Notes: a model not told the origin generated them from the letters alone. 64,000 nt of DNA from an uncultured Elusimicrobia bacterium (GCA_963702895.1 OY969767.1:2240001-2304000), one strand, 5' to 3'. Counted from the first letter of the stretch, positions 1 to 9,339 are shown. Program-made: numbers and translations.

Positions 1-1
1 C

Positions 2-1054
2 TGAGCTGGTGCAGACGAAGCCGCAACAAGAGACACTGCAACAGTCGCCGTTCACGGCACAGGGGTCTCCATCGGGGGCACAACAAACCTGGGCCCCGGG
101 ACAGCTCCCTCCGCAACCATCATCGCAGGTGCTTCCAATGCATGTCGAGTCTCTGCAGGAGCAATCGGGGCCCTTGATCCCGGCACAGTTCCCTCCGCAA
201 CCATCATCGCAGGTGCTTCCAATGCATGTCGAGTCTCTGCAGGAGCAATCAGGGGTACAAGCACTGCAATCTTTGATCCCAGCGCAGGTCCCTCCGCAAC
301 CATCATCGCAGGTGCTTCCAATGCATGTCGAGTCTCTGCAGGAGCAATCGGGGCCCTTGATCCCGGCACAGTTCCCTCCGCAACCATCATCGCAGGTGCT
401 TCCAATGCATGTCGAGTCTCTGCAGGAGCAATCAGGGGTACAAGCACTGCAATCTTTGATCCCAGCGCAAGTACCTCCGCAACCATCATCGCAGGTGCTT
501 CCAATGCATGTCGAGTCTCTGCAGGAGCAATCATAGGTGCCTGGCTTGGAGCATGTGCCGTCGCACTCGATCTTCCCGCCCGGGCATCCGCAATCAGCTT
601 TCCAGTTAGCGTGGCAAGTGCAATCACAGGTTCCGTCACAGAGAATAGAAGGGTTGCTATTGAAGCAGCCCGGCGCAATCCAGCCGGGGGTCGAGGAGGT
701 ACACGGTAGCGCCTCTTCCACCACGCAGGCGCAGTAGCACGAACCGACTGCCACTTCGCAGCGGGGCGAGCTTGACGGGCAATCATCGTCTCCGTCGCAA
801 ATTACTAAGGCGGGGTTGCAGCATGAACTCCCGCAGTCGGTGCATTCGCCCACACCGCTCAACATGTCACAAAACTGACATGTCTCATTTGTCTCGCATT
901 CCCCATCCGCTTCGCTGCACGAAAAGCTCACGGGGCCGCAGGCCGCGGAGCTGACGGTCCCAGGCAGGAAAACAAGCGCCGCCAGCGCCAGAACCAGGGA
1001 AAGCGGGAGGGAGGCAAGCACGCTCGCTATGAAATGATCGATTCTTTTTCTCAT
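2..1054 (-). CDS. Secreted Cys-rich repeat protein, runs off the window edge; paralog of 6236-8299
   Basis: Absent from the ORF track because it has no stop in the window. Manual translation from ATG 1054 gives MRKRIDHFIASVLASLPLSLVLALAALVFLPGTVSSAACGP (signal peptide), a Cys-rich region, five DCSCRDSTCIGSTCDDGCGGxC repeats, then CCAPDGDPCAVNGDCCSVSCCGFVCTSS shared with the paralog. Confidence 0.85.
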   Translation of the reverse strand, partial: MRKRIDHFIASVLASLPLSLVLALAALVFLPGTVSSAACGPVSFSCSEADGECETNETCQFCDMLSGVGECTDCGSSCCNPALVICDGDDDCPSSSPRCEVAVGSCYCACVVEEALPCTSSTPGWIAPGCFNSNPSILCDGTCDCTCHANWKADCGCPGGKIECDGTCSKPGTYDCSCRDSTCIGSTCDDGCGGTCAGIKDCSACTPDCSCRDSTCIGSTCDDGCGGNCAGIKGPDCSCRDSTCIGSTCDDGCGGTCAGIKDCSACTPDCSCRDSTCIGSTCDDGCGGNCAGIKGPDCSCRDSTCIGSTCDDGCGGSCPGAQVCCAPDGDPCAVNGDCCSVSCCGFVCTSS

Positions 1055-1055
1055 C

Positions 1056-1745
1056 TCACTTGTCCGCGCCGCGCGATTTTCCAGGCGCAAGCGCCCCGGC
1101 CCATTCCGGGTCAATCCACACCTTCTCCGATTGGCGCGCTTTGCTCACCGCGCGGGTCCACCGCCCCTGGGAAATCCGTCGGTAAAGATCCTCCCGTTTC
1201 GATTCATACGGGGGCGACTTGGCGCTCAGGACCATTCCACGGTTGCCTTTCCTGGCAGCTTTGGCCGGCGTTTCGGGGTATTGCGACCGGTAAAGGGCTA
1301 GAACCTCCTCCTCCCTGACGGGCTCCTCCGCCTCCAGGCGCTCGCGCAGCAGGCCCACCAGCGTCACGCGGCGCGCCACGGCCAGCGGCGCATAAGACGT
1401 TGCTTCACGGTCAAGCCCGCGCCTCTCGGCGAGGACGATCAGGGATTGCTGATTGATAAGCGTCTCAAGAAGCCGCCGCTTGCCGTCCGGTCCTGCCAGC
1501 TGCGCCGGCGGATTGCGCTGGGTGAAGGTTTTGTAAGCTTCGTCCAAATCGGAGAGTCTGATGCTGCGGTGCCCCACGCGCGCCAGAACCGGCTGATGGA
1601 CTTCATACCACCAGATCCTGGTCTCGGTCGCCAGAGCCCGCAGGAGCTGCGCGGCGTCGTGACGATCGACCTGGGACGCCCGGCATCCTCCGCCCGCAAG
1701 CAAGAGGAGTGCCGCCAAATACGGACAGATTTGGTTGAAGTTCAT
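1056..1745 (-). CDS. Lipoprotein with SurA/PpiC N-terminal chaperone-like region
   Basis: Lipobox-like LLAGGGC; VLARVGHRSIRLSDL...LLETLINQQSLIVLAERRGLD resembles the SurA/PrsA N-domain. Confidence 0.6.
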   Translation of the reverse strand: MNFNQICPYLAALLLLAGGGCRASQVDRHDAAQLLRALATETRIWWYEVHQPVLARVGHRSIRLSDLDEAYKTFTQRNPPAQLAGPDGKRRLLETLINQQSLIVLAERRGLDREATSYAPLAVARRVTLVGLLRERLEAEEPVREEEVLALYRSQYPETPAKAARKGNRGMVLSAKSPPYESKREDLYRRISQGRWTRAVSKARQSEKVWIDPEWAGALAPGKSRGADK

Positions 1746-1757
1746 CGGAGCTTCCTA

Positions 1758-1813
1758 TTTATATCATAAGACTGTTACGCTGCTGTTAACGAATTCTCAA
1801 CGATTTGTAACAT
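1758..1813 (-). promoter_or_regulatory. 11-bp periodic (G/T)TAAC-like repeats upstream of a TG-n-TATAAA -10 element; Pho-box/OmpR-family-like site
   Basis: Minus strand reads tgttacaaatc|gttgagaattc|gttaacagcag|cgtaac, then 10 nt, then TATAAA. Confidence 0.35.
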
Positions 1814-1994
1814 TTTCGATAAGGCTAGATGAGCCACCAGAGGGAGTCCATAACGGGCCCAAGGACTCTGGGCTGTTATCGGTTTTGGGTGGGAAATGAA
1901 GGGTGTGAGTAGTTGAGCCGCCGCGTAATATCAATGCAATCGTGAAGCAGTAGGGTCTCTAAATCCACCCGATGGGTGGAAAAGGAGGCCCGCC

Positions 1995-3122
1995 ATGACA
2001 CCCGAATGTCCGCGCTGTGGCAGCAGCCACACACACCGTCACGATTTTCGGACGTACCGGAAGATCAGTTTGTCAGGAGTGGAATCGAAAGGATACCAAC
2101 GATGGTTCTGCGTCGCGTGCAACAAGCCATTTATTCCAGTCGAGCAAAAGCGCGACTCGATGACGTCCTACGACCAGGAGGTCAAAGAACAATCAACGAT
2201 TCTCTATATCGATACCGGAGGCTCCTACCGGGCGGTGATGCGGCAACTGCATCAATGGGGACTGCCGCATGTGCAGACCTACCAGGTCTGGCTGTGGATT
2301 CAAGACATGGGGCACCGCTGCGCCGATCCTTTTACCGTGAGCCAACGGCTGGATCCGAAATGGTCCGGCTGGCTGCAGGTCGATGGCGACCGGATTCCGG
2401 TGGAAGGGATGGATGTCTCCATTCTGGCGGCCTTCGATGCCAACACACGGGACGTTCCGGGCGTGATTCTGGGGCGCGAAACGGAGGTCAATTATCGGGA
2501 ATTATTCGGGCAACTCAAGGAGCTGAACTATCCGCTCAAGGGGCTGACTTCCGACGGAGACAGCGCCATCCTTCTCGCCTACAAGAGCGTCTATCCGAAA
2601 GGCATCCATCAGCGTTGCACGGTTCATTTTCAGCGCAACTTAGACGCGTTGCTCGAGCCTCGCTTCGCGACCTACCCGCAGTTGCCCACCGAATACGAAC
2701 GCTTTCAAAAAGCCTATCACCAGTTTGTCAGCGCGGCGCACTGGTACCAGGCCAAGGAGTGGGTGCGGTTCTTTCTGCACTATCCTTCGTTCCAAAGGCT
2801 GATGTTCAAGCCGGCACGGGATTTGTTTCTTCGTACGCTCCCACAAATCATTCCGGCGTTCTTTCATCCCGGCATGCCGCGAACCAACAACTTGATCGAA
2901 AACCTCTTCCGCTTTATGGACCGGCGCTTAACGCCCATGGACCGCTTTCATGCGCGCGAGGCCGCCTGGGCGATCGTCAAGCTGCTCGTCTTATTCTATC
3001 GATTTCATCAATTCGACAACCCGTCCAAAGCGTATCGGCACATCAAAGGCAAGTCGCCGCTTCAACTGGCCGGTGTCGACACCAGCAAGCTGTTCTGGCT
3101 GGACATGGGCACAAAAGGATGA
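1995..3122 (+). CDS. DDE transposase, IS256/Mutator-like, with N-terminal zinc ribbon
   Basis: CPRC...CVAC ribbon; QVDG, TSDG, HQRCTVH and RTNNLIE motifs. Confidence 0.85.
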   Translation: MTPECPRCGSSHTHRHDFRTYRKISLSGVESKGYQRWFCVACNKPFIPVEQKRDSMTSYDQEVKEQSTILYIDTGGSYRAVMRQLHQWGLPHVQTYQVWLWIQDMGHRCADPFTVSQRLDPKWSGWLQVDGDRIPVEGMDVSILAAFDANTRDVPGVILGRETEVNYRELFGQLKELNYPLKGLTSDGDSAILLAYKSVYPKGIHQRCTVHFQRNLDALLEPRFATYPQLPTEYERFQKAYHQFVSAAHWYQAKEWVRFFLHYPSFQRLMFKPARDLFLRTLPQIIPAFFHPGMPRTNNLIENLFRFMDRRLTPMDRFHAREAAWAIVKLLVLFYRFHQFDNPSKAYRHIKGKSPLQLAGVDTSKLFWLDMGTKG

Positions 3123-3137
3123 TTTTTCCACCCAAAG

Positions 3138-4522
3138 GAGTTACCATCAAAAGTGCTGGAAATAGGTTCTGAGGCAAGGAAGGATTTGCCTTAGGAATAG
3201 ATAACGGCGTACCCTTTCGTTGAACCAAACAAACCTGTCCGTTCAAGCGGACAATAAACGAAAAGGAGACGCCGTTATGAAGACCATTGTAAACGTGAAA
3301 GGCTGCGAACACAAAGAGAGCATGCTGGATTATCTGGCCCGAGAGGGAGCGCGCAAAATGCTGGTGGAAGCCCTGGAGGAAGAAGTGACGATGTATCTGG
3401 AGCGGCGGCGCTATGAGCGGGCGAAGAGCCTGGAGAAAGGCTATCGCAACGGAACCCGGGAGCGGAAGGTGACAGTTTTGGGAGCAGGTTTAAAGCTCTC
3501 GGTGCCGCAAGTCGACGGGGGCGAGTTTGAGTCGAGCATCTTGCGTCCGTACCAGCGGCGAACCGAGGGTGTCGAGGAGTTATTCCGGCGGCTGTACCTG
3601 GAGGGGCTCTCGAGCCGGGACTTTGAGCCGGCGATGCGAGCACTGATCGGGGATGGAGCCACCTTATCAGCCAGCACGATCCTGCGTTTATCGGCGAAGT
3701 TTCAATCGGACCTGGCCACCTTCAGCCGCCGGGACTTATCCGAAACGCGTTACGCCTATGTCTGGGCGGACGGCGTGTACTTGAAGGCCGGGCTGGAGAA
3801 AGAGAATACGGCGCTTTTAGTGTTGGTTGGCGTGAATGCCGATGGGAAGAAAGAGCTGATTGCTCTGATGGAAGGCTACCGGGAGAGCCGGGATTCCTGG
3901 AAGGAAATCTGGCGAGGGGTGGCGGAGCGTGGAATGCCCGCTCCGCTCTTGGTTATCGGCGATGGGATGGGTGGGCTCTGGGAGGCGGTGGCGGAGGTCT
4001 ATCCGACCGCCAAAGATCAACGGTGCTGGAAGCACAAGATGCGCAACGTCGTGGATAAAGTGCCGAAGGCCAAGCAAGAGGAGGTGCTCAACCGTCTGCG
4101 CGTAGCGTATCAGGCGGAGCGTCGAGAAGACGCGGAGAATCACCTGGCCTTGTTAGCCGAGGACCTGGAGATTCGCTACCCGAAGGCGGCGGCTTGTATC
4201 CGGAAGGACCATGACGCCTTGCTGCGCTACTTCGACTTTCCGAAGGAGCACTGGGTGCATTTAAAGACGAGCAATCCGATCGAGTCGGTCTTCGCGGGGG
4301 TCCGATTGCGAACTCGCGTTGTGCGGCGGTTTCAGAAATCTCGCACGGGAGTAGCGTTCGTCTACAAAATCATTGAACGCCTGGCGCAATTCTGGAAGCC
4401 GATTGAGAAGCCGGAATTGGTGATGGGATTATTCGTCGAACGAGAGAAGCTGGAGGTAGCGGCCTAAGAGACTTTCGACCAAAGGGGCGCCGATCGATTT
4501 CCATCACATTTGACTAAAGCTC
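3138..4522 (+). mobile_element. IS256-family element, copy 1
   Basis: IRs gagttaccatcaaaagtgctggaaat and atttccatcacatttgactaaagctc; 8-bp TSD ACCCAAAG at 3130-3137 and 4523-4530. Confidence 0.92.
3220..4467 (+). CDS. IS256-family transposase (start may be ATG 3277)
   Basis: GYRNG, YVWADG, LVIGDG, QRCWKH and TSNPIES motifs. Confidence 0.95.
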   Translation: MNQTNLSVQADNKRKGDAVMKTIVNVKGCEHKESMLDYLAREGARKMLVEALEEEVTMYLERRRYERAKSLEKGYRNGTRERKVTVLGAGLKLSVPQVDGGEFESSILRPYQRRTEGVEELFRRLYLEGLSSRDFEPAMRALIGDGATLSASTILRLSAKFQSDLATFSRRDLSETRYAYVWADGVYLKAGLEKENTALLVLVGVNADGKKELIALMEGYRESRDSWKEIWRGVAERGMPAPLLVIGDGMGGLWEAVAEVYPTAKDQRCWKHKMRNVVDKVPKAKQEEVLNRLRVAYQAERREDAENHLALLAEDLEIRYPKAAACIRKDHDALLRYFDFPKEHWVHLKTSNPIESVFAGVRLRTRVVRRFQKSRTGVAFVYKIIERLAQFWKPIEKPELVMGLFVEREKLEVAA

Positions 4523-4562
4523 ACCCAAAGTCAATAACGGGCCCAAGGACTCCATAGGCCTA

Positions 4563-5681
4563 TTGGGACGGAATATTTGGACGTTTGTTCTATTCCCTCC
4601 ATCAGGGAAGCTTGCTATCCTGAGCTCTGTGAAGAACGGTCCCCGCACCATGCTCCTCGTCCTCATGGCGGCATTTGCAACGAGCGCCTGCAATGACAAG
4701 AACGACTCGGCACAAGAGCCCCCTCCTGGCACTCCGAGCAACCCGCAAACCCCCGAGTATAAGATATACTCCTGTACCGTGCCCGGCACGAATGGAAGCC
4801 AGACAATCCAAGTCATTTACGATATCAATCAGCCTCCTATCGACCCGGATTTGATGGTCAAAAGGATAGGTTCATTCCCCTCCAAGCATCTGGCTGGCCT
4901 CAGCACCGTGCACTACTCGACCATCATTGATGAGGTGGCGATGAATGTCTATCCCGGCCTGAACTCAGCGCAGATGGACGAGTGGCAAGTGATCGCAGCC
5001 GGCAAGGAAAGCCCGAAGGATGAGTTCCGAGCCTTTTACGCCAAATGGTTCACGAGCAAGCCGGACGCGCTGCTCAGCCAATTCTTATCAGCTTTAAGGT
5101 CCGGAGCCAGCCAATTCGCTTCGGAATACCTCTATATGGCAGGGCTATTTGCTGATCCCCTCAAGCAAATGATTATCGCTTACGCCGGTTTGTTTAGCGA
5201 CGGCACTCCTACCTTTACGCGCACGAATTATCTGTACTATAGCTTCACGGGTAACATCTTCAAGCTGGCAGGTATAAGTTTCAGGATGCAGATTGTCTCT
5301 GGAAGACTCAGCATTGTGGACATCGACGGCGCTCCCGTCGTGCCGCTGGCTGTGCCAAACATGTTCATCGAACAAGTGCTTCTGGCGCCGGTGAGTGCCT
5401 CGTCTGTCAGCAGCACGCCTCCTTCCGCGCCCGGCGGAGCGTCGCTGGCCCCAGACCGCCAGGAAGCAGCGAGTACGGCGATCGTCTCACCAACAGCGGC
5501 GCGTTCCGTCTACGTCAGCCCGAGAAGACCGAACGAGTACCGCAGCACTCTCGACACGGGCGCCCGCCAGGAGATCCTCCGCGAGATCGACAACTTGACA
5601 TCCGATCCTTCCTACATCCTCGATCACGCTCCCGGCACCATTCCCCACGGGTTCTCCATCGACTCCCGCCAAGCGAAATAG
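4563..5681 (+). CDS. Uncharacterised lipoprotein, paralog of 10833-11828 (true start probably ~4629-4650)
   Basis: Lipobox ATSAC followed by a Pro-rich tether; colinear similarity to the paralog and identical C-terminus YILDHAPGTIPHGFSIDSRQAK. Confidence 0.75.
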   Translation: MGRNIWTFVLFPPSGKLAILSSVKNGPRTMLLVLMAAFATSACNDKNDSAQEPPPGTPSNPQTPEYKIYSCTVPGTNGSQTIQVIYDINQPPIDPDLMVKRIGSFPSKHLAGLSTVHYSTIIDEVAMNVYPGLNSAQMDEWQVIAAGKESPKDEFRAFYAKWFTSKPDALLSQFLSALRSGASQFASEYLYMAGLFADPLKQMIIAYAGLFSDGTPTFTRTNYLYYSFTGNIFKLAGISFRMQIVSGRLSIVDIDGAPVVPLAVPNMFIEQVLLAPVSASSVSSTPPSAPGGASLAPDRQEAASTAIVSPTAARSVYVSPRRPNEYRSTLDTGARQEILREIDNLTSDPSYILDHAPGTIPHGFSIDSRQAK

Positions 5682-5708
5682 CGCCAAAGAACGATACAGC
5701 AACGACGA

Positions 5709-5802
5709 GGGGACGTTCCATCACAAACGTCACAAACTCTAAAGCGCAGGTGCCAGCACCGGGAGCCTAGGGAGTTTGTGACGTTTGTGATGGAACGTCC
5801 CC
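5709..5802. repeat. Palindromic REP/REPIN-like element, GGGGACGTTCCATCACAAACGTCACAAACTC family
   Basis: 31-bp perfect inverted arms; related copies at 11856, 31080 and 57939. Confidence 0.9.
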
Positions 5803-6055
5803 AAGTAGTTGAGTCATTTGTGACCGCCCCAGAGCTCGTCGAACTCATCTGGTTGAGGGTTGAGCCGCCCATTCAGGTGTTCGTGGAGGAGAGGAGCGCC
5901 CCGGCGCCGCCAGAGACGCCCCGCGTCGGGGCGGCAGGGCAAGAAGCGGGACAATCGATGAATCGCTCCATTTGATCTTGGGCAAGCTGGCAGCCTCCCA
6001 AAAGAAGGGCACTCCCCAAAAACGTGCCGAGAAATGGAAATGAAAAATGCTTCAT
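5803..6055 (-). pseudogene. Truncated lipoprotein N-terminus fused to a deleted relic of a giant-fibre C-terminus
   Basis: MKHFSFPFLGTFLGSALLLGGC (lipobox), then AAPTRG...GALLSSTNT*MGGSTLNQMSSTSSGAV, which resembles GAAPTWG...GLLSSTNTW...GSTINQKGSTGSGSV near the end of the 4695-aa protein. Ends in ctcaactac, the LNY codons. Confidence 0.65.
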
Positions 6056-6239
6056 TGATTCGTTTGGATATAGCAAACGGAGGCTGGGTCGACAAGAAAA
6101 CGAACCTCAGCCAAGACAAACGATAAGGGGATGTTCTTCAGGAACGAAAGGACGCGGTTTAGGGACAGACGACCGAGCCGGCCACCAGCACCGAGACCAT
6201 CAGCAGCTCAATCATGGTGGTTCCTGTCTGGCTCATCAT
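6052..6239 (-). pseudogene. Probable frameshifted short pilin-like (class III signal peptide) gene
   Basis: MMSQTG-TTMIELLMVSVLVAGSVV begins with an ATGA overlap on the Cys-rich gene stop. A shifted frame continues LSLNRVLSFLKN...IQTNQ* and its TGA overlaps the next ATG at 6055. Confidence 0.45.
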
Positions 6240-8299
6240 GGGCAATTTTCCGGGGGCACGTCCGACTGGGGCTCGATCGTCGCGCCGGACTCGACATCCT
6301 TACTTCCCGTCGCCGGCGCGCGCACATACGTCCTTTGCCCGTCAGCGCCGACCACAGACTTCCAGCAGGTCAGGTAGTATCTCCCATGGGTGACCTCGAG
6401 GTCAAGACTTCCGTTTGGCCCCACCACGCCCGAGATAATCTTCGGCCGCGCCACCGCCGAAGCGCTGATCTGGGGAGGCATCGCCGCCCCGGCCCATGTA
6501 ATCGTACTCAGCATCACAAAGCTCCCCGAGGGGGCCCGCACCTGCACCCTCGACGTCGCCCCCCGTAACGTAAACGTGTAGCTGCTCAAGGGGACCGCTT
6601 CCAAAGAAGCCGGTGAGGCCGTCTGCTTCCGGTCAGTGACCACATTCAAGGAGAAGGAGGCGCCCTCAAGCGTGGGCCCAAAGTTGAACCAGCCCGTCGG
6701 GTCGGTGTTCTGCACCATGTACGGGCGCCCATCCGAGGTGCGAAGCTCCACAGGAACACCCTTGAGCTCCAGGACGGTGGGCCAGACCTCGTCCGCAAGG
6801 ACCCGGCCGCAAACCCCTCCTGCCGCGCAAGCGCAGACCGGCGGCGGAGGAAAGGTGCAGTTCCCATCGCAAGCCCATCCGCCGCTGCCACACATAGGGA
6901 CCCCCCCGCAGGCGCCACCTATAGGTCTTGTCATATGAAAAGCGCAGACGCCGGAACTGCACAGACCGCTCGAGCACTGGTTACCGCAGACGCAGGTCGC
7001 GCAAGGAGCGCGCCCTGAGCTGGTGCAGACAAAGCCGCAACAAGAGACACTGCAACAGTCGCCGTTCACGGCACAGGGGTCTCCATCGGGGGCGCAACAA
7101 ACCTGGGCCCCGGGACAGCTCCCGCCGCATCCATCAGGGCAGGTGCTTCCAACGCAGGTCGTGGCGGCGCAGGAGCAATCGGGGCCCTTGGTCCCAGCGC
7201 AATTACCTCCGCAACCATCAGGGCAGGTGTTTCCAACGCATGTCGTGGCGGCGCAGGCGCAATTGGGGCCCTTGGTCCCAGCGCAATTACCTCCGCAACC
7301 ATCAGGGCAGGTGCTTCCAACGCAGGTCGTGGCGGCGCAGGAGCAATCGGCGGCGCAACAAAACTGGGTCCCGGCACAGTTCCCTCCGCAACCATCAGGG
7401 CAGGTGCTTCCAACGCAGGTCGTGGCGGCGCAGGAGCAATCGGGGCCCTTGGTCCCAGCGCAATTACCTCCGCAACCATCAGGGCAGGTGCTTCCAACGC
7501 ATGTCGTGGCGGCGCAGGCGCAATTGGGGGCGCAACAACCCAGGGTCCCGGCACAGTTCCCGCCGCAACCATCAGGGCAGGTGCTTCCAACACATGTCGT
7601 GGCGGCGCAGGAGCAATCGGGAGCGCAACAACCCAGGGTCCCGGCACAGTTCCCTCCGCAACCATCACTGCAGGTGCTTCCAACGCAGGTCGTGGCGGCG
7701 CAGGAGCAATCGGGAGCGCAACAACCCAGGGTCCCGGCACAGTTCCCGCCGCAACCATCACTGCAGGTGCTTCCAACGCAGGTCGTGGCGGCGCAGGAGC
7801 AATCGGGGGCGCAACAACCCAGGGTCCCGGCACAGCTCCCGCCGCATCCATCAGCGCAGGTGCTTCCAACGCATGTCGTGGCGGCGCAGGAGCAATCGGG
7901 GCCCTTGGTCCCAGCGCAATTACCTCCGCATCCATCGGGGCAGGTGCTTCCAGCGCATGTCGTGGCGGCGCAGGAGCAATCAGGGGCGCAGGGGGGTGTG
8001 CAGGTATCGGTCATGCAATCCTCAACACAACAACCGTGGGCGGCGCAATCTGGCTCAGCCAGCTTGGCTTCGCAATAGGCAACACCGGACCAACCCGCCG
8101 GACACGAGCAATCTAACAAACCGATGGGGTGGCAAGCACCGGCATCCCAATAGTCAGATCGGCATATATCATCAAGAGCCGAGCTTGTGACAACCTCAAT
8201 GCAAACGACAGCAAAGGACACGAGCGCCAGCCGCGCGGCGGCCGCCAGGCGTTTTCGGAGCAACAGCAAGCATCCCCTCTTTGTTAATTCAGGAGTCAT
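6236..8299 (-). CDS. Secreted Cys-rich repeat protein with C-terminal Ig/transthyretin-like region
   Basis: Signal peptide; ten 28-31-aa PDCSCAATTCVGSTCxDGCGGNCAGT repeats; C-terminal LKGVPVELRT...TDPTGWFNF. Confidence 0.85.
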   Translation of the reverse strand: MTPELTKRGCLLLLRKRLAAAARLALVSFAVVCIEVVTSSALDDICRSDYWDAGACHPIGLLDCSCPAGWSGVAYCEAKLAEPDCAAHGCCVEDCMTDTCTPPCAPDCSCAATTCAGSTCPDGCGGNCAGTKGPDCSCAATTCVGSTCADGCGGSCAGTLGCCAPDCSCAATTCVGSTCSDGCGGNCAGTLGCCAPDCSCAATTCVGSTCSDGCGGNCAGTLGCCAPDCSCAATTCVGSTCPDGCGGNCAGTLGCCAPNCACAATTCVGSTCPDGCGGNCAGTKGPDCSCAATTCVGSTCPDGCGGNCAGTQFCCAADCSCAATTCVGSTCPDGCGGNCAGTKGPNCACAATTCVGNTCPDGCGGNCAGTKGPDCSCAATTCVGSTCPDGCGGSCPGAQVCCAPDGDPCAVNGDCCSVSCCGFVCTSSGRAPCATCVCGNQCSSGLCSSGVCAFHMTRPIGGACGGVPMCGSGGWACDGNCTFPPPPVCACAAGGVCGRVLADEVWPTVLELKGVPVELRTSDGRPYMVQNTDPTGWFNFGPTLEGASFSLNVVTDRKQTASPASLEAVPLSSYTFTLRGATSRVQVRAPSGSFVMLSTITWAGAAMPPQISASAVARPKIISGVVGPNGSLDLEVTHGRYYLTCWKSVVGADGQRTYVRAPATGSKDVESGATIEPQSDVPPENCP

Positions 8300-8396
8300 T
8301 CTTTGAGCGGTACCCTTTAGAGGCTATCGCATCGCATGAACGAAATCAAGACCCATTCTTCCAGGGTGAATTCCGTCCTTAAGCAAAACACGCGTT

Positions 8397-9296
8397 ATGG
8401 CTGCCGAAAAATGCTATTTATTACGTATGAAGTTGATCTCATTTGCCCTGGTGCTTCTACCCGTCGGCTTGGTCTGGCTGGCGGGGTGTCAGAGGCGCGA
8501 TCTTCCGGCTTGGTCGGAACTTTTTCAGGACCAATACCTCCGCCAAGAGGAAGGCCGTACTGTGGCCCGCGTGGATGGACTGCCCATTACCGAGGCGGAG
8601 ATCCTGTCGTGGGCGGAGAGCGCGCCCCATGTCTTTGAGGCTGCCCTGGCCAGCCGTGCAGGGCGCCAGCAATTTATGGACTCCCTCATCCGACAAAGAA
8701 TCTGGGTACAGTGGGCCCGGCGCAGCGGTGCTGACGATCTGCACTACCGCTTGGGCATTCGCCGACACCGCTATACGATGCTGGCGCGAGCACTTCGCGA
8801 AAAACTCGCCAAAAATGCTGTTGCAGGAAACGCCGCTCAAGCAGGCGATGGAACAGAGGACACCGCACCAGAGCTGACCGAAGTCGAGGCGAGCCTGCTC
8901 CATGTGCGGAGTCTCCAGGATGCAAAACGCTTGCAGAGCCTTCTTCAGCAGGGCATGCGCCCTGAGTCGGTGAAGCACCTCTCCGTCAACGGAAAACCGC
9001 TTCCGACACCTGCCGCGGCGCCCTTTGATCTCGACGCAGCCCTTAAAAAATTGAAGGATGGCCAGGCTTCCTCGCCCATCAAGCTTGGCAAGGGTTATGC
9101 CATCCTTCGGCGCAACAACACGCGCCGATTGCCCGCCCCGATGGCTCTAAGGGAACCAACACGCCAGATCAAAGAAGAAGATTTCGGAGCACAATTTAAC
9201 CAAGTCAAAGCAGACATGAAAATCGAAATTGACGAATCTGTTTTGGATGCCGTTCTCCCCTTAAAAAAACCTGCCGCTTCGACGAAAGAACCTTAA
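8397..9296 (+). CDS. PpiC/PrsA-like foldase lipoprotein with a degenerate parvulin domain
   Basis: Lipobox LAGC; VARVDGLPITEAEI; ASLLHVRSLQDAKRL; LKDGQASSPIKLGKGYAILRR. Confidence 0.75.
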   Translation: MAAEKCYLLRMKLISFALVLLPVGLVWLAGCQRRDLPAWSELFQDQYLRQEEGRTVARVDGLPITEAEILSWAESAPHVFEAALASRAGRQQFMDSLIRQRIWVQWARRSGADDLHYRLGIRRHRYTMLARALREKLAKNAVAGNAAQAGDGTEDTAPELTEVEASLLHVRSLQDAKRLQSLLQQGMRPESVKHLSVNGKPLPTPAAAPFDLDAALKKLKDGQASSPIKLGKGYAILRRNNTRRLPAPMALREPTRQIKEEDFGAQFNQVKADMKIEIDESVLDAVLPLKKPAASTKEP

Positions 9297-9339
9297 GGCA
9301 AAACCTTTTCAGCCTGATACTTTGGGGGCCAGGAAAGAA

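Larger units (their letters stand above)
1869..4544 (+). mobile_element. IS element (IS256/Mutator superfamily, Zn-ribbon type) with its right IR interrupted by a second IS
   Basis: 8-bp TSD AAGGACTC at 1861-1868 and 4545-4552. Imperfect IRs tgggctgttatcggttttgggtgggaaat and gggcccgttattgactttgggtggaaaaat (reverse complement, after removing the nested IS). Confidence 0.75.

Noticed and set aside
9..786. Pro/Gln-rich ORF 9-536(+) and ORF 52-786(-); likewise 6928-8190, 7023-8078 and 7066-7935
   Set aside because: Antisense or alternate-frame shadows of the Cys-rich repeat genes.
1976..3172. 398-aa ORF overlapping the transposase
   Set aside because: Alternate frame with no motifs; 1995-3122 carries the DDE signature.
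7080..7990. Possible CRISPR array in the regular repeats (also within the giant gene)
   Set aside because: Units are multiples of 3 nt, coding and lack unique spacers; no cas genes.
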